Part shown: positions 27,561 through 36,524 of the stretch, piece by piece
Layout: every line of letters starts with the position of its first letter
How positions within the stretch are numbered: the stretch's first letter is position 1
Virus record (IMG/VR): IMGVR_UViG_3300047557_001498
Coordinates: 32,001-96,000 of that record
From: a virus
Direction: 5' to 3' (one strand)
DNA length: 64,000 nt
Translations under genes and position numbers: made by a program
Notes under the pieces: generated by a model
Database searches by the model: none
What the model saw: only the letters and a program-made list of their open reading frames with translations
Told to the model about the DNA's origin: nothing

Positions 27561-28310
27561 TTAACCTCCTACATTCCAAAATAATGCATCATCCGATGCG
27601 TGTTCTCTAATAAATGACCAAACTTTTGAATCGTAATAATCCGAAGATGGAAACGGTGGTTTCTCTGCGGGTTTACATTTTTGTGTGAATTTATACTTTG
27701 ATACGAAGATTTCTGCCCTACCTCTCTCTCTATCGGTAGTATTGTGACCAACTCTAACACCATATATTTTTGCATCTGGCCATGCCTTCTGTAATCCCCT
27801 TGACAGAACACCTGAACTTATACATGACCAAACTTCTTTTGGTTGTATTGGAAGTGAACTCGCAATTCTAGCAACTTCATCAATAACAACAGGATGGTCA
27901 AGACCAAATGGTAATAATTGTGAACCGGGAGTTTCTACTGCATATTTTTTAGCAACGTGTTGAATGTGTGTAAGAAATCCCATAGGAACTTCTATAATGT
28001 TTGCACCAATAGAAATTGCTTCTTTGGTTAGTGGTAGATGTTTTCCTTTCGGAATGATAACTGTTGCCTTCAATCCCAAATCTCTACAAGCATAAGCAAG
28101 TGCAACTTGAGCATAGCCAACTCTCGGTGAAGCATAAACCCATTCCCTTACATGAGATTGTGATTGAAGATAACGATATAAAAATCTTCTCTTTGTTCCA
28201 CCAGGAAGTAAGTCATCACGAACTACCCAAATGTTTTCATGTTTTTCAATAACAACATCTGGTAAAGTTACCGTAACATCTTTCGTTGGATATTGAAAGA
28301 AGTCTGACAT
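27561..28310 (-). CDS. Fold-type II PLP-dependent enzyme of the kind found in phage DNA-hypermodification loci
   Basis: VVRDDLLPGGTKRR (PLP lysine), YASPRVGYAQ, SSGVLSRGL, PFPSSDYYDSKVW, LFWNVG. Confidence 0.75.
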   Translation of the reverse strand: MSDFFQYPTKDVTVTLPDVVIEKHENIWVVRDDLLPGGTKRRFLYRYLQSQSHVREWVYASPRVGYAQVALAYACRDLGLKATVIIPKGKHLPLTKEAISIGANIIEVPMGFLTHIQHVAKKYAVETPGSQLLPFGLDHPVVIDEVARIASSLPIQPKEVWSCISSGVLSRGLQKAWPDAKIYGVRVGHNTTDRERGRAEIFVSKYKFTQKCKPAEKPPFPSSDYYDSKVWSFIREHASDDALFWNVGG

Positions 28311-28318
28311 AAATAACC

Positions 28319-28576
28319 TTACAAACTAGTGATAATTTCTTCGTAGTATTTTAATCCATGTAACCCTACAATCCTTTGAACTTCTTCTCCGTTTTTTTCA
28401 AATATTACGGTTGGAACCCCTCTAACGCCAATTTTTGATGCAGCTTCTGGATTTTCATCAACATCTATTATTTGGTAATTAGTATTTGGATATTTGTTCA
28501 CCAAGTCTCTCATAATAGGAGACAGTTGTTTACATGGTTGGCACCATGTTGCTGTGAAGTGTTTAATTTTAATCAT
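28319..28576 (-). CDS. trxA: Thioredoxin
   Basis: FTATWCQPCK, IDVDE, VRGVPT. Confidence 0.95.
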   Translation of the reverse strand: MIKIKHFTATWCQPCKQLSPIMRDLVNKYPNTNYQIIDVDENPEAASKIGVRGVPTVIFEKNGEEVQRIVGLHGLKYYEEIITSL

Positions 28577-28610
28577 AACTCATTTTAATTGTTTGTTCAA
28601 AAACTTATGT

Positions 28611-28642
28611 CAAATATACATATTTTTCAAATACCAAGCAAG
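28611..28642 (-). promoter_or_regulatory. Bacteroidota-type promoter (CTTG-N20-TATATTTG)
   Basis: -7 TATATTTG upstream of the trx/PLP/dut operon. Confidence 0.6.
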
Positions 28643-28649
28643 CAATTTA

Positions 28650-31475
28650 TTAAATAGATAGTCTGACATCGAATAATAATTCTCGTTCCATTGTCTTTTT
28701 CAAAGGTTTACTTAATTTGCCAACCGCAACTAGATTTTCATTATCGTCATACAGTCCGATAGTTGTTACATAAGTTACAGGTTCTATGTAAAAGTTTTTA
28801 ACCTTTAATCTACCTTTTCCATCTGAAGAATGTGCAAATGTTGGATTGTTTGAATAGTTGGCATGATGTGCCGGTACTCGTATGAAATAATGTGTAACCG
28901 TATCTTTAAAAGTATTTCTACTGAAAAACGAATATCCATCTTGCATTGCATTATTTATAGAATCAAATAATATCAATTCATTTTTAGCATCAACATTACT
29001 ATCAGTATCTATATTAAAGTTTAATTCTGTTACGAATTTATTTGCATCGAATATGATAATGCCCATGTTTGGATATATCTTACCGTAAGTAGTATATGTT
29101 GTATTAGTATCTGAATTACTTGCACCCGATGAATGAAATCCAGATAACAAACTTCCACTAACTAAATCGAATGAATAGTATGGGGATTCATCGAAATACT
29201 TTGTATTCGTTGGATCCTGTGATGTATCTATTAAAGTTATTATATTAGATGGATTTGAAATATCCGATAAACTTATTTGTAAATTACCCGCGTCAATTCT
29301 ATCTTTCATTGAATCTTTATCGAATTTCATAATGTATATGTGTTCTGATTCCGGAGATAAAATACCATTTGAGTAAAAAGAAAATGGAGATACATCATCG
29401 TTTGTAAATAATTTATATTGTGAATAATTTATCTTTGATGTAGTATCTTTGTCTCTTTCACCAACCTTTAATGATCCTGATCCAGATACGTGGGCATACA
29501 ATAACGAAAATTGTTTTATATCATTTTCATCGGTTATATCTGTATAGTATTTTTTAGTATCATCATTTTGTATAGAACTTGTATACATTATACTCATCGA
29601 TGGACTATTATTGAATGCACCATTAGTTTCTATAATATTTAAACCATTCAACATATCTTTTTCAAAAGACATCTTATGCAATACGGCAGGTTTAGTCATA
29701 TCGTGACAATTTGTTCTATCAATATGTCTTATTTCCAATCTAGTTGGAACTGAATTTGGTGGTACTATTCTATTTTCATAATAATAATTCCCATCATCAG
29801 GACAGACGGTGTATATGGTATCTGTATGTAGGACATCACATTCATTTGGATCATTTGGATCAATGTATGGGGGATTCTGAACAGATACTTCTATGCATTC
29901 ACACGTCTTATCTATGGAATTTCTTATTATATTTTCCCATTCCACTATAACTTGAGAAGAAGAAACTATCTTGTATTCATATTTTATTGTCCTTGATCCA
30001 TAAACCAATCCATCATCACCAACTCTACCATCGAAACATTCTTTACTTGATGTATGTTCGTAGTGAATTAGTGCATCATATGTTGCGGGTAAACCTTGAT
30101 AACATGGTCTTCCTGGTATTGGATAAAATTTAGATGTATCTTTTGATATTAAAGTATAAACATCTAAATCATTTCTTCTTCTAACATCTGTAACAACAAA
30201 TGGCAATTTAGTACAATCATCACTTGGTAATTTTTGAACACAATTTGTTTTACCACGGCAAATGTTTTCATACCCATCGTCATCCAGTCTTGTGCTAACC
30301 CTCAACCATTTTGCAGCCCTTGGCATATAATAACCCTCTGCAAAATCAGATTGTAATGGGAAACCATCAACTTCAAGTGCTAACATTACTCCATCATAAT
30401 AATCCTTCCCATCATCTAATCTAGGATTGGTTGGATCAACACTAACATTATCGAATCTGTAACCTACCCATGTTTTCCATATAGTTTGCCATATAATATT
30501 TTGTGTTATAGGATTATCATGTGTCTCTGTTCCACCATTTTGATTTACACGAATTTCATTTGAATCTAATGTGAAACCGTCCCATGTAACCATTTCTCCA
30601 AAATTATTTACAGAAAACTCACCTGCCTCAGGAACAACACCCCTTCCCTTCGGCACAGTCCCTCTTTTTACAAGTGGAACCATTTTTTTATACAATGGAG
30701 CTTCCGATAAAGTTGGTGGTTCTATTAAATCAAAAGTTATTGGACTTTCTAAATTAACATCTTGTGGTTGTGGTCTTTCTTGTTTTAATCGTGTTGTTAA
30801 ATCAACATCATTGCCGGTTGTGTTTGACTTTTGTTTAAAGTCTAAACCGGAAAGTGATTCTATTTCTTCTACTGAAAATTTGTAATACCAACTGATTTGA
30901 TTTCTATTTGATGGTAAAGTTCTAGCTGTATTTGAAAACGGAAGAAACGGAGAAGTTATTATCTGTGGTGATGATGTGGATGAACAATCATCTATACTAT
31001 ACTCTAACTGTCCGGATGCAAGTAATACATCACTTTTAATTATACCAGACATAACTTCTTCTATCGGTGTCTGTCCAATAGAATTTATTACAACCTTTCT
31101 TTTTAAATACAAATAAATGTCTGCTACCAAATCCCATCTTCCAGGTATGGTATTTCCAGCAATTATTGTATTCAATCTTATATTATTATCATCGTATATT
31201 GGAACGAGTCTTATATCACGAATAGCATATGCAATGGATCCATCCTCAAACTCACCCTTTTCTCCGAGTAAGTTTCTGATTTGCATTTCACCATCTTTTA
31301 CATATTCCGGTAAAATACCACCTTCGGAAGACGGCTTAAAATATAAACGCCAATCCGTTAATTTATTACGAGTTCCATCCTCGTTTAAAATTGGACTATA
31401 TCTTGCTTCATCTTCCGGAACTTGTATGTTTGTGCGTGGTATTCCACCTAATTTATTTCCGTAGGTAAGTCTCAT
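28650..31475 (-). CDS. Virion structural protein (tail/baseplate-associated)
   Basis: C-terminal NYSNNPTF...YVTTIGLYDDNENLVAVGKLSKPLKK...VRL, typical of large-phage structural proteins; Cys-rich middle region. Confidence 0.6.
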   Translation of the reverse strand: MRLTYGNKLGGIPRTNIQVPEDEARYSPILNEDGTRNKLTDWRLYFKPSSEGGILPEYVKDGEMQIRNLLGEKGEFEDGSIAYAIRDIRLVPIYDDNNIRLNTIIAGNTIPGRWDLVADIYLYLKRKVVINSIGQTPIEEVMSGIIKSDVLLASGQLEYSIDDCSSTSSPQIITSPFLPFSNTARTLPSNRNQISWYYKFSVEEIESLSGLDFKQKSNTTGNDVDLTTRLKQERPQPQDVNLESPITFDLIEPPTLSEAPLYKKMVPLVKRGTVPKGRGVVPEAGEFSVNNFGEMVTWDGFTLDSNEIRVNQNGGTETHDNPITQNIIWQTIWKTWVGYRFDNVSVDPTNPRLDDGKDYYDGVMLALEVDGFPLQSDFAEGYYMPRAAKWLRVSTRLDDDGYENICRGKTNCVQKLPSDDCTKLPFVVTDVRRRNDLDVYTLISKDTSKFYPIPGRPCYQGLPATYDALIHYEHTSSKECFDGRVGDDGLVYGSRTIKYEYKIVSSSQVIVEWENIIRNSIDKTCECIEVSVQNPPYIDPNDPNECDVLHTDTIYTVCPDDGNYYYENRIVPPNSVPTRLEIRHIDRTNCHDMTKPAVLHKMSFEKDMLNGLNIIETNGAFNNSPSMSIMYTSSIQNDDTKKYYTDITDENDIKQFSLLYAHVSGSGSLKVGERDKDTTSKINYSQYKLFTNDDVSPFSFYSNGILSPESEHIYIMKFDKDSMKDRIDAGNLQISLSDISNPSNIITLIDTSQDPTNTKYFDESPYYSFDLVSGSLLSGFHSSGASNSDTNTTYTTYGKIYPNMGIIIFDANKFVTELNFNIDTDSNVDAKNELILFDSINNAMQDGYSFFSRNTFKDTVTHYFIRVPAHHANYSNNPTFAHSSDGKGRLKVKNFYIEPVTYVTTIGLYDDNENLVAVGKLSKPLKKTMERELLFDVRLSI

Positions 31476-31494
31476 TATTTATTTTACTTTTATA

Positions 31495-31872
31495 TTAGAA
31501 ACAACTTGTTAATAGTGCCAACTCTTTATTATTGAATTTATTTTTTGCATATAAAAGAAGTGCAATTTTAATTGATTCGGTATATTTAGTCAAGTGTTGT
31601 GCATCAACTACTAACAATGCATCTTCTTCAAATTTTTCATATTGTTTATGAATATCTTTTATTGAGTTTAATATGGCAGTATATTGTTTTTGATCTACCA
31701 ATTTTGATAATTCAATTAAAGCAGATACCACATCGCCTTTTTCTGCGCAAAATTCTTTCATTTTTTTAACAGCGTTTTCTACTTTTGTATCAACACCGTC
31801 AGTTTCTTCTTTAATGATACCGAGTAATTTTTCCGCATCTTTCATTAACTTAACTCTTGATGAAATGTTCAT
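31495..31872 (-). CDS. Hypothetical helical protein
   Basis: ORF with GGAGG RBS. Confidence 0.65.
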   Translation of the reverse strand: MNISSRVKLMKDAEKLLGIIKEETDGVDTKVENAVKKMKEFCAEKGDVVSALIELSKLVDQKQYTAILNSIKDIHKQYEKFEEDALLVVDAQHLTKYTESIKIALLLYAKNKFNNKELALLTSCF

Positions 31873-31884
31873 CTTTTCCTCCGG

Positions 31885-32088
31885 TTATTTACGGGATAAT
31901 AAAAAATAAAGTCCAAAAAATAACAGCGCTACCGAGTAAAATATAATATCGGTAACGATGTAACTCCCTGTAAGTTTTGTCACTAAAGCAAAAGCCGCAT
32001 CGAATCCAAGCGGATTGAAAAAAGTCCCAAGTATTAAACATACTTTTGCCAACACATCTTTGTATTTTTTTGGTTTTCTTTCTGACAT
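31885..32088 (-). CDS. Small two-TM membrane protein
   Basis: Hydrophobic segments around FFNPLGFDA; late motif at 32136-32143. Confidence 0.6.
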   Translation of the reverse strand: MSERKPKKYKDVLAKVCLILGTFFNPLGFDAAFALVTKLTGSYIVTDIIFYSVALLFFGLYFLLSRK

Positions 32089-32153
32089 TACGCCATCCCA
32101 TCTGATTACCTTGTTGTTAAAAATACTATTGTAAATATAAATATGGGATAACT

Positions 32154-32180
32154 AAAAAAGGGGTGGAAATCCACCCCTTT
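32154..32180 (-). terminator. Rho-independent terminator
   Basis: Minus strand AAAGGGGTGG-ATTT-CCACCCCTTTTTT. Confidence 0.85.
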
Positions 32181-32190
32181 CATTTTTTTA

Positions 32191-32370
32191 TTATTTTTTT
32201 GCTTCTTTTGCTTCGGCAACAGATGCTTGATTATACGGTGTAATCAACTTTTTAATTGAACTTGCTGCTTTACGAGCAACAGCCGCATCTTTCTTTTTTG
32301 TTGAATTATGAGCAACTGTAAACTCATTAAATAGGTTTGTCAGTTGTTCATAAAGTTCTTGCTTAGTCAT
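32191..32370 (-). CDS. Histone H1-like (Hc1-type) small basic protein, 59 aa
   Basis: Below the ORF-track cutoff: MTKQELYEQLTNLFNEFTVAHNSTKKKDAAVARKAASSIKKLITPYNQASVAEAKEAKK; strong AGGAGG RBS; followed by a terminator. Confidence 0.7.
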   Translation of the reverse strand: MTKQELYEQLTNLFNEFTVAHNSTKKKDAAVARKAASSIKKLITPYNQASVAEAKEAKK

Positions 32371-32389
32371 AGAAACCTCCTATGTAAAA

Positions 32390-33265
32390 TTAAAGTATTT
32401 CAGGTATCGGTAGTTTTGCCTTTGTTATATTTTGTATAAACAATTCACGAATTGTCTGTCTAACATCCGAAACCTTACTTGGTTTATTAAAAACAATATC
32501 ATATAACTTTTCAAAAGATGATACATCTTCTGTTGTATATTCCTCTCCTAAAAAGAAATCTACTAATTCTTCCGGAACTTGAGTTAAAAATGTCTCACTT
32601 CCTGCAATAGTTTTTCCGGCTTTTATTATACTACCTCCTTTTCCGGCATAACTTTTTGTTAATTGATAGACTCCCCTATCGTGTCTCAATACATATTTAC
32701 GAACTTCTATTGGAATACCTGTATCAGATTGTTTTAGTATTTCATATTTGAATCCCGCAATAACAGAAGACAATAAAAAGTTTCTATATGCAGATTTATA
32801 TTTTGATTCACCCTTTGAATAATCTGGTGATGAATAAATAAATTTCGTCCAATTCATGTTACTTGATAACATAAAATCAACTTGAACTGGTTCATCAGTA
32901 ACTCTGCCGACTATGGGATATGGTATTGATACTTGTGAAAATCCGCGCAAAGGTTCAACATCATATCCCATTTCTGTTAATTTATTTATCAACCAATCTA
33001 AAACATCGCTCAACTTTAGTTTATTCACAGATGCGAGTTGATCAATGGAAACGCCTATGTCTAAATCTCCAGATAGTTGGTCTTCACTTTTTTTACCAGC
33101 ACTTCCCAATAAAAAGCAATCGGTTCCAAGTCCAATAAGACCGAGTGGTTTCAATACATCTGTCTCAATTTTTGAGACAGTTGCAGGGACTTCACTCTGT
33201 TTTATACCAACAACATCTGGAAATAAATTCCCACCTTCTAATAATATATCTTTTAATTTAATCAT
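32390..33265 (-). CDS. Pol-beta superfamily nucleotidyltransferase with MIKLKDILLE leader
   Basis: LGSAGKK...SGDLDIG (GS + DxD) and a third Asp in VQVDFM. Confidence 0.7.
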   Translation of the reverse strand: MIKLKDILLEGGNLFPDVVGIKQSEVPATVSKIETDVLKPLGLIGLGTDCFLLGSAGKKSEDQLSGDLDIGVSIDQLASVNKLKLSDVLDWLINKLTEMGYDVEPLRGFSQVSIPYPIVGRVTDEPVQVDFMLSSNMNWTKFIYSSPDYSKGESKYKSAYRNFLLSSVIAGFKYEILKQSDTGIPIEVRKYVLRHDRGVYQLTKSYAGKGGSIIKAGKTIAGSETFLTQVPEELVDFFLGEEYTTEDVSSFEKLYDIVFNKPSKVSDVRQTIRELFIQNITKAKLPIPEIL

Positions 33266-33287
33266 ATCAATAAATATAAAATATATT

Positions 33288-35141
33288 TTATTTTATCTCA
33301 CAAGCACCACCTGCACACGCAAGTTCACCTGATAAGTCTGTATTATCTTCAAGTTCAATCACCTTACTCAAATCAACATCGTGCAATGTTTCCATCAACT
33401 GATTGTATTTTTCTTCGGTAATATCTTCAAATGGTGCCTGAATATATGTTCCACCGTCATAAGGCAATACTGAAAGACCATTGAAGTGTTCTTTGTTTTC
33501 CCACATCCAATTACCAACCGCATCCCATTCATGTTCACGGATGGAAACTGTTGCAGAAATATTGTGAGTATTCATACCCGTTCTGTGTCCAGGTTTAATC
33601 CAGTTCTGATTGAACCATTTTACTCTTTCCAATAACTGCAATGGACTTTCACTACGAAGTATAGAACCATCCGGAGACTTTTGTGGAACACCAATAACAG
33701 CGGTATCATGCGGGCGGAAATATTCATCTTCAACCAATTCAGGATGATTGATTGCAAGATAAGAATAAATTGCCTCGTTCTTACCAACACGAACACGGCG
33801 TAAATAGAAATCATTGTGCCATGCATGAATACCTGATGAACAACCTAATGTTAATGATGATGTTCCAGCAGGTTTAATTGTTGTTGTTCTTGCACTACGA
33901 TTGATGCCGATTATACTAGCAACTCTTTCATTTTCTTCACGAGAAACTTTAGCAGCGGCTTTCAAATCAAACTTCTGAACTTTACCAGAACCGATGCCAG
34001 TCATACCAACACCGAGTAATGCATCTTTTTCCGTTGTTCTTTGCCAGATAGGGCGAAGATAATGGAAGTCTGTGTAGCCGGCTTGTAATGTTCCAATGAA
34101 AGAAGCGGCACGAACTCTTGCATCCAAATCTTCTTGACTTTCAACATCAGAAACATTTACCTCACATAGATTGCAGAATTGGAATGGACGAAGTGCAATT
34201 TCACAACAGGGGTTTGTTCCCCAATCTTTATCATTTGAAAGATAAATTCCAGGTTCACCTGCATTAGATAATTCTATTTTCTTCCAAAGTGATTTGAAAA
34301 ATTCTTCGGAAACTTTACTACGAAGAAGAACTGCTGAATTATTTGCTCTGCCCCTTTGTGGATTTAGTTCCCACCAATTTCCAAACTTACAAGAAATCAT
34401 ATCGTCATCATCGGCAGAGAAAAGAGAGATAAGAGCTGCACGGCGAATACCACCAGCAAGAACTGCATCTGCAATGTGACAAACAATATCGTGAACTTCA
34501 ATAGATGAAAGTTGTTCACCGTCTTGTTTCAAATCAAGTATTGCTCTAATCTTTTCGATACAGATGCGGAGTGGCTCTGGACCAGGTGCCTTACCACCAC
34601 TTGTAATCAAACGAGCTCCCTTATGACGAATATCTGAATAATCAAACCGAATGGATGAACCACCAGTAAAGTATGACTTCATCAATGCCTTAATAGAATC
34701 CGCCCAACCTTCTATTGAATCACCAATCAAAAATCTTCTTTCTTTATTCTTTGGTCTGTGGATTGGTGGGAGTTTTTCTACATGATGTTTTTGAACAGAA
34801 TATCCAACACCAGTTCCACCGAGAAGAAGAAACATAACTTCACCAAATGCACGCCAGTCATCAATAGGCAAGTATGCACAGTTGTAAATTCTGTTCGGAG
34901 AAATCTCTATGGGCTTACCACCAAACTGTAATGAACGCATTGATGGTAAGACTTTCTTATCATAGACAAATTTATAGACATTTTCAATCTCATCTTTAAG
35001 TTGTGGGTATTTTCTTTGGTGCATTTCTTTGTTTCTCGTTACCAATTCTTCCCACGTTTCCCTACGATTCTTTTCAGGAATAAAACGAGCGTATTTCATA
35101 TACACAGTAATTTCAGACAAAATTCGATTGCTAATGTCCAT
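33288..35141 (-). CDS. nrdJ: Class II (adenosylcobalamin-dependent) ribonucleotide reductase
   Basis: PSMRSL, NCAY, TNPCCEI, CNLCE, TTIKPAGT, C-terminal CAGGAC. Confidence 0.9.
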   Translation of the reverse strand: MDISNRILSEITVYMKYARFIPEKNRRETWEELVTRNKEMHQRKYPQLKDEIENVYKFVYDKKVLPSMRSLQFGGKPIEISPNRIYNCAYLPIDDWRAFGEVMFLLLGGTGVGYSVQKHHVEKLPPIHRPKNKERRFLIGDSIEGWADSIKALMKSYFTGGSSIRFDYSDIRHKGARLITSGGKAPGPEPLRICIEKIRAILDLKQDGEQLSSIEVHDIVCHIADAVLAGGIRRAALISLFSADDDDMISCKFGNWWELNPQRGRANNSAVLLRSKVSEEFFKSLWKKIELSNAGEPGIYLSNDKDWGTNPCCEIALRPFQFCNLCEVNVSDVESQEDLDARVRAASFIGTLQAGYTDFHYLRPIWQRTTEKDALLGVGMTGIGSGKVQKFDLKAAAKVSREENERVASIIGINRSARTTTIKPAGTSSLTLGCSSGIHAWHNDFYLRRVRVGKNEAIYSYLAINHPELVEDEYFRPHDTAVIGVPQKSPDGSILRSESPLQLLERVKWFNQNWIKPGHRTGMNTHNISATVSIREHEWDAVGNWMWENKEHFNGLSVLPYDGGTYIQAPFEDITEEKYNQLMETLHDVDLSKVIELEDNTDLSGELACAGGACEIK

Positions 35142-35257
35142 TTATTTCTCCATTTATTTTTTTATTAAAAACGTTGATTTGCTACTATAAAACAAAACGA
35201 TATAGTAATAACTATACCGTTTGAAAGAAAAAAATTGGGTTTTGCTAAATTATTTTT

Positions 35258-35839
35258 TTAATAGTTTCCCACATTCCATGTTTGGCCATCCCACCATTCA
35301 AAGTTGGGATAATGTGATTTGTAATGGAATTGTTCATACCACTCTCCAATATAAAGATACGGATAATCATGGTTTAACAATTCATTTATGAAAAAATAAC
35401 AAGTCATTGGTGTTATACCTTCTCTGCGAACTTTACCACCCACTACGAGTGAAAAGTAAGGTATATTGCCAAACCAATTAAGTACACCAAATACACTATT
35501 ATTAAAATAATATATTTCATGTTCAAACGATAAAACCGTGTCCAAGTATTCTTCTATTATTGGATCATATAGATACTTTGAACTTTCAAAAATTTTTCGA
35601 TAATCACCTGATTTGCTTATTCTAATCTTTGCAAGTTGGTAGTGTCTTCTTGCAGAAATAGGAGCAATTTTTACCCTTGATGACCTTGATTGATACCATT
35701 CTCCGTCTGTGGTTGGCAACCAACCCATTTCAAAAAGATATTGTGGAGTTTCATTCTCCGGTTTACAAAACAGTTCACATAAATCGGCATGGGTGTTTAA
35801 ATCATACTGACCGTTCAAATGACTGATTCGTATTTTCAT
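35258..35839 (-). CDS. Arginyl/aminoacyl-tRNA-protein transferase-like (ATE/Bpt-like) protein
   Basis: LFEMGW...WYQSRSSRV and C-terminal YLYIGEWY...YKSHYPNFEWWDGQTW resemble the ATE C-terminal motif. Confidence 0.5.
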   Translation of the reverse strand: MKIRISHLNGQYDLNTHADLCELFCKPENETPQYLFEMGWLPTTDGEWYQSRSSRVKIAPISARRHYQLAKIRISKSGDYRKIFESSKYLYDPIIEEYLDTVLSFEHEIYYFNNSVFGVLNWFGNIPYFSLVVGGKVRREGITPMTCYFFINELLNHDYPYLYIGEWYEQFHYKSHYPNFEWWDGQTWNVGNY

Positions 35840-36524
35840 TTAACCTCTCGTTATAGTGCTTTGACCGTTCTTCATTGGATTCACCGGCATCCAAATCGGT
35901 ATGGTCGTAATTCATGTTTTCCGTGTCCGGCGTAACCCATCGGTGATTCCGTTCAGCTGTCCATAGTGTATTGTTATACATTCGGTCTACTACAATATTT
36001 TGTTTTGTAGTAAATGCTGGATCGTGAAGCAAAAAACGATTATTGGGTTGTATGGCAAAATTACCATTGTCCATCATTATTACATGGCCACACTTATGCT
36101 GTGAGGGGTATTCGGAGAATAAATAATTAGTATCTCCCGAATCTGTGCTAGCAGCCCAGTCTAACGTAAATAAATATCTACCTTTGTATTCTTTTCTTCG
36201 TCTTGAAATAAATTTTACTACTTTATTTTTCAAGTACGGAAATTCTGTTGCAGATACATGATATGAAAAAGAATCCCATAAAACCAATTCATCCAATTCT
36301 TGTTCGGGCGAATCTTCTTTCCAACAAAAGGCATGAATGGGCATTCTCCACCAAATACCACCATCCTCCATAACAAAATGAAATAGTGGTGCCTGACCAG
36401 GTATTGATGACATTCCTATAATTAAACATGGAAATTTTTTATCGAACATATCTTTTTGGTCACGAAGAAAATTACCACGAACATATGCATCAATAATTGG
36501 TATTGGTGTATTTAGATAAGCCAT
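35802..36524 (-). CDS. Conserved phage hypothetical protein
   Basis: MAYLNTPIP, RMPIHAF, YLFTLDW, HKCGH, GNFAIQPNNR. Confidence 0.7.
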   Translation of the reverse strand: MAYLNTPIPIIDAYVRGNFLRDQKDMFDKKFPCLIIGMSSIPGQAPLFHFVMEDGGIWWRMPIHAFCWKEDSPEQELDELVLWDSFSYHVSATEFPYLKNKVVKFISRRRKEYKGRYLFTLDWAASTDSGDTNYLFSEYPSQHKCGHVIMMDNGNFAIQPNNRFLLHDPAFTTKQNIVVDRMYNNTLWTAERNHRWVTPDTENMNYDHTDLDAGESNEERSKHYNERLNENTNQSFERSV

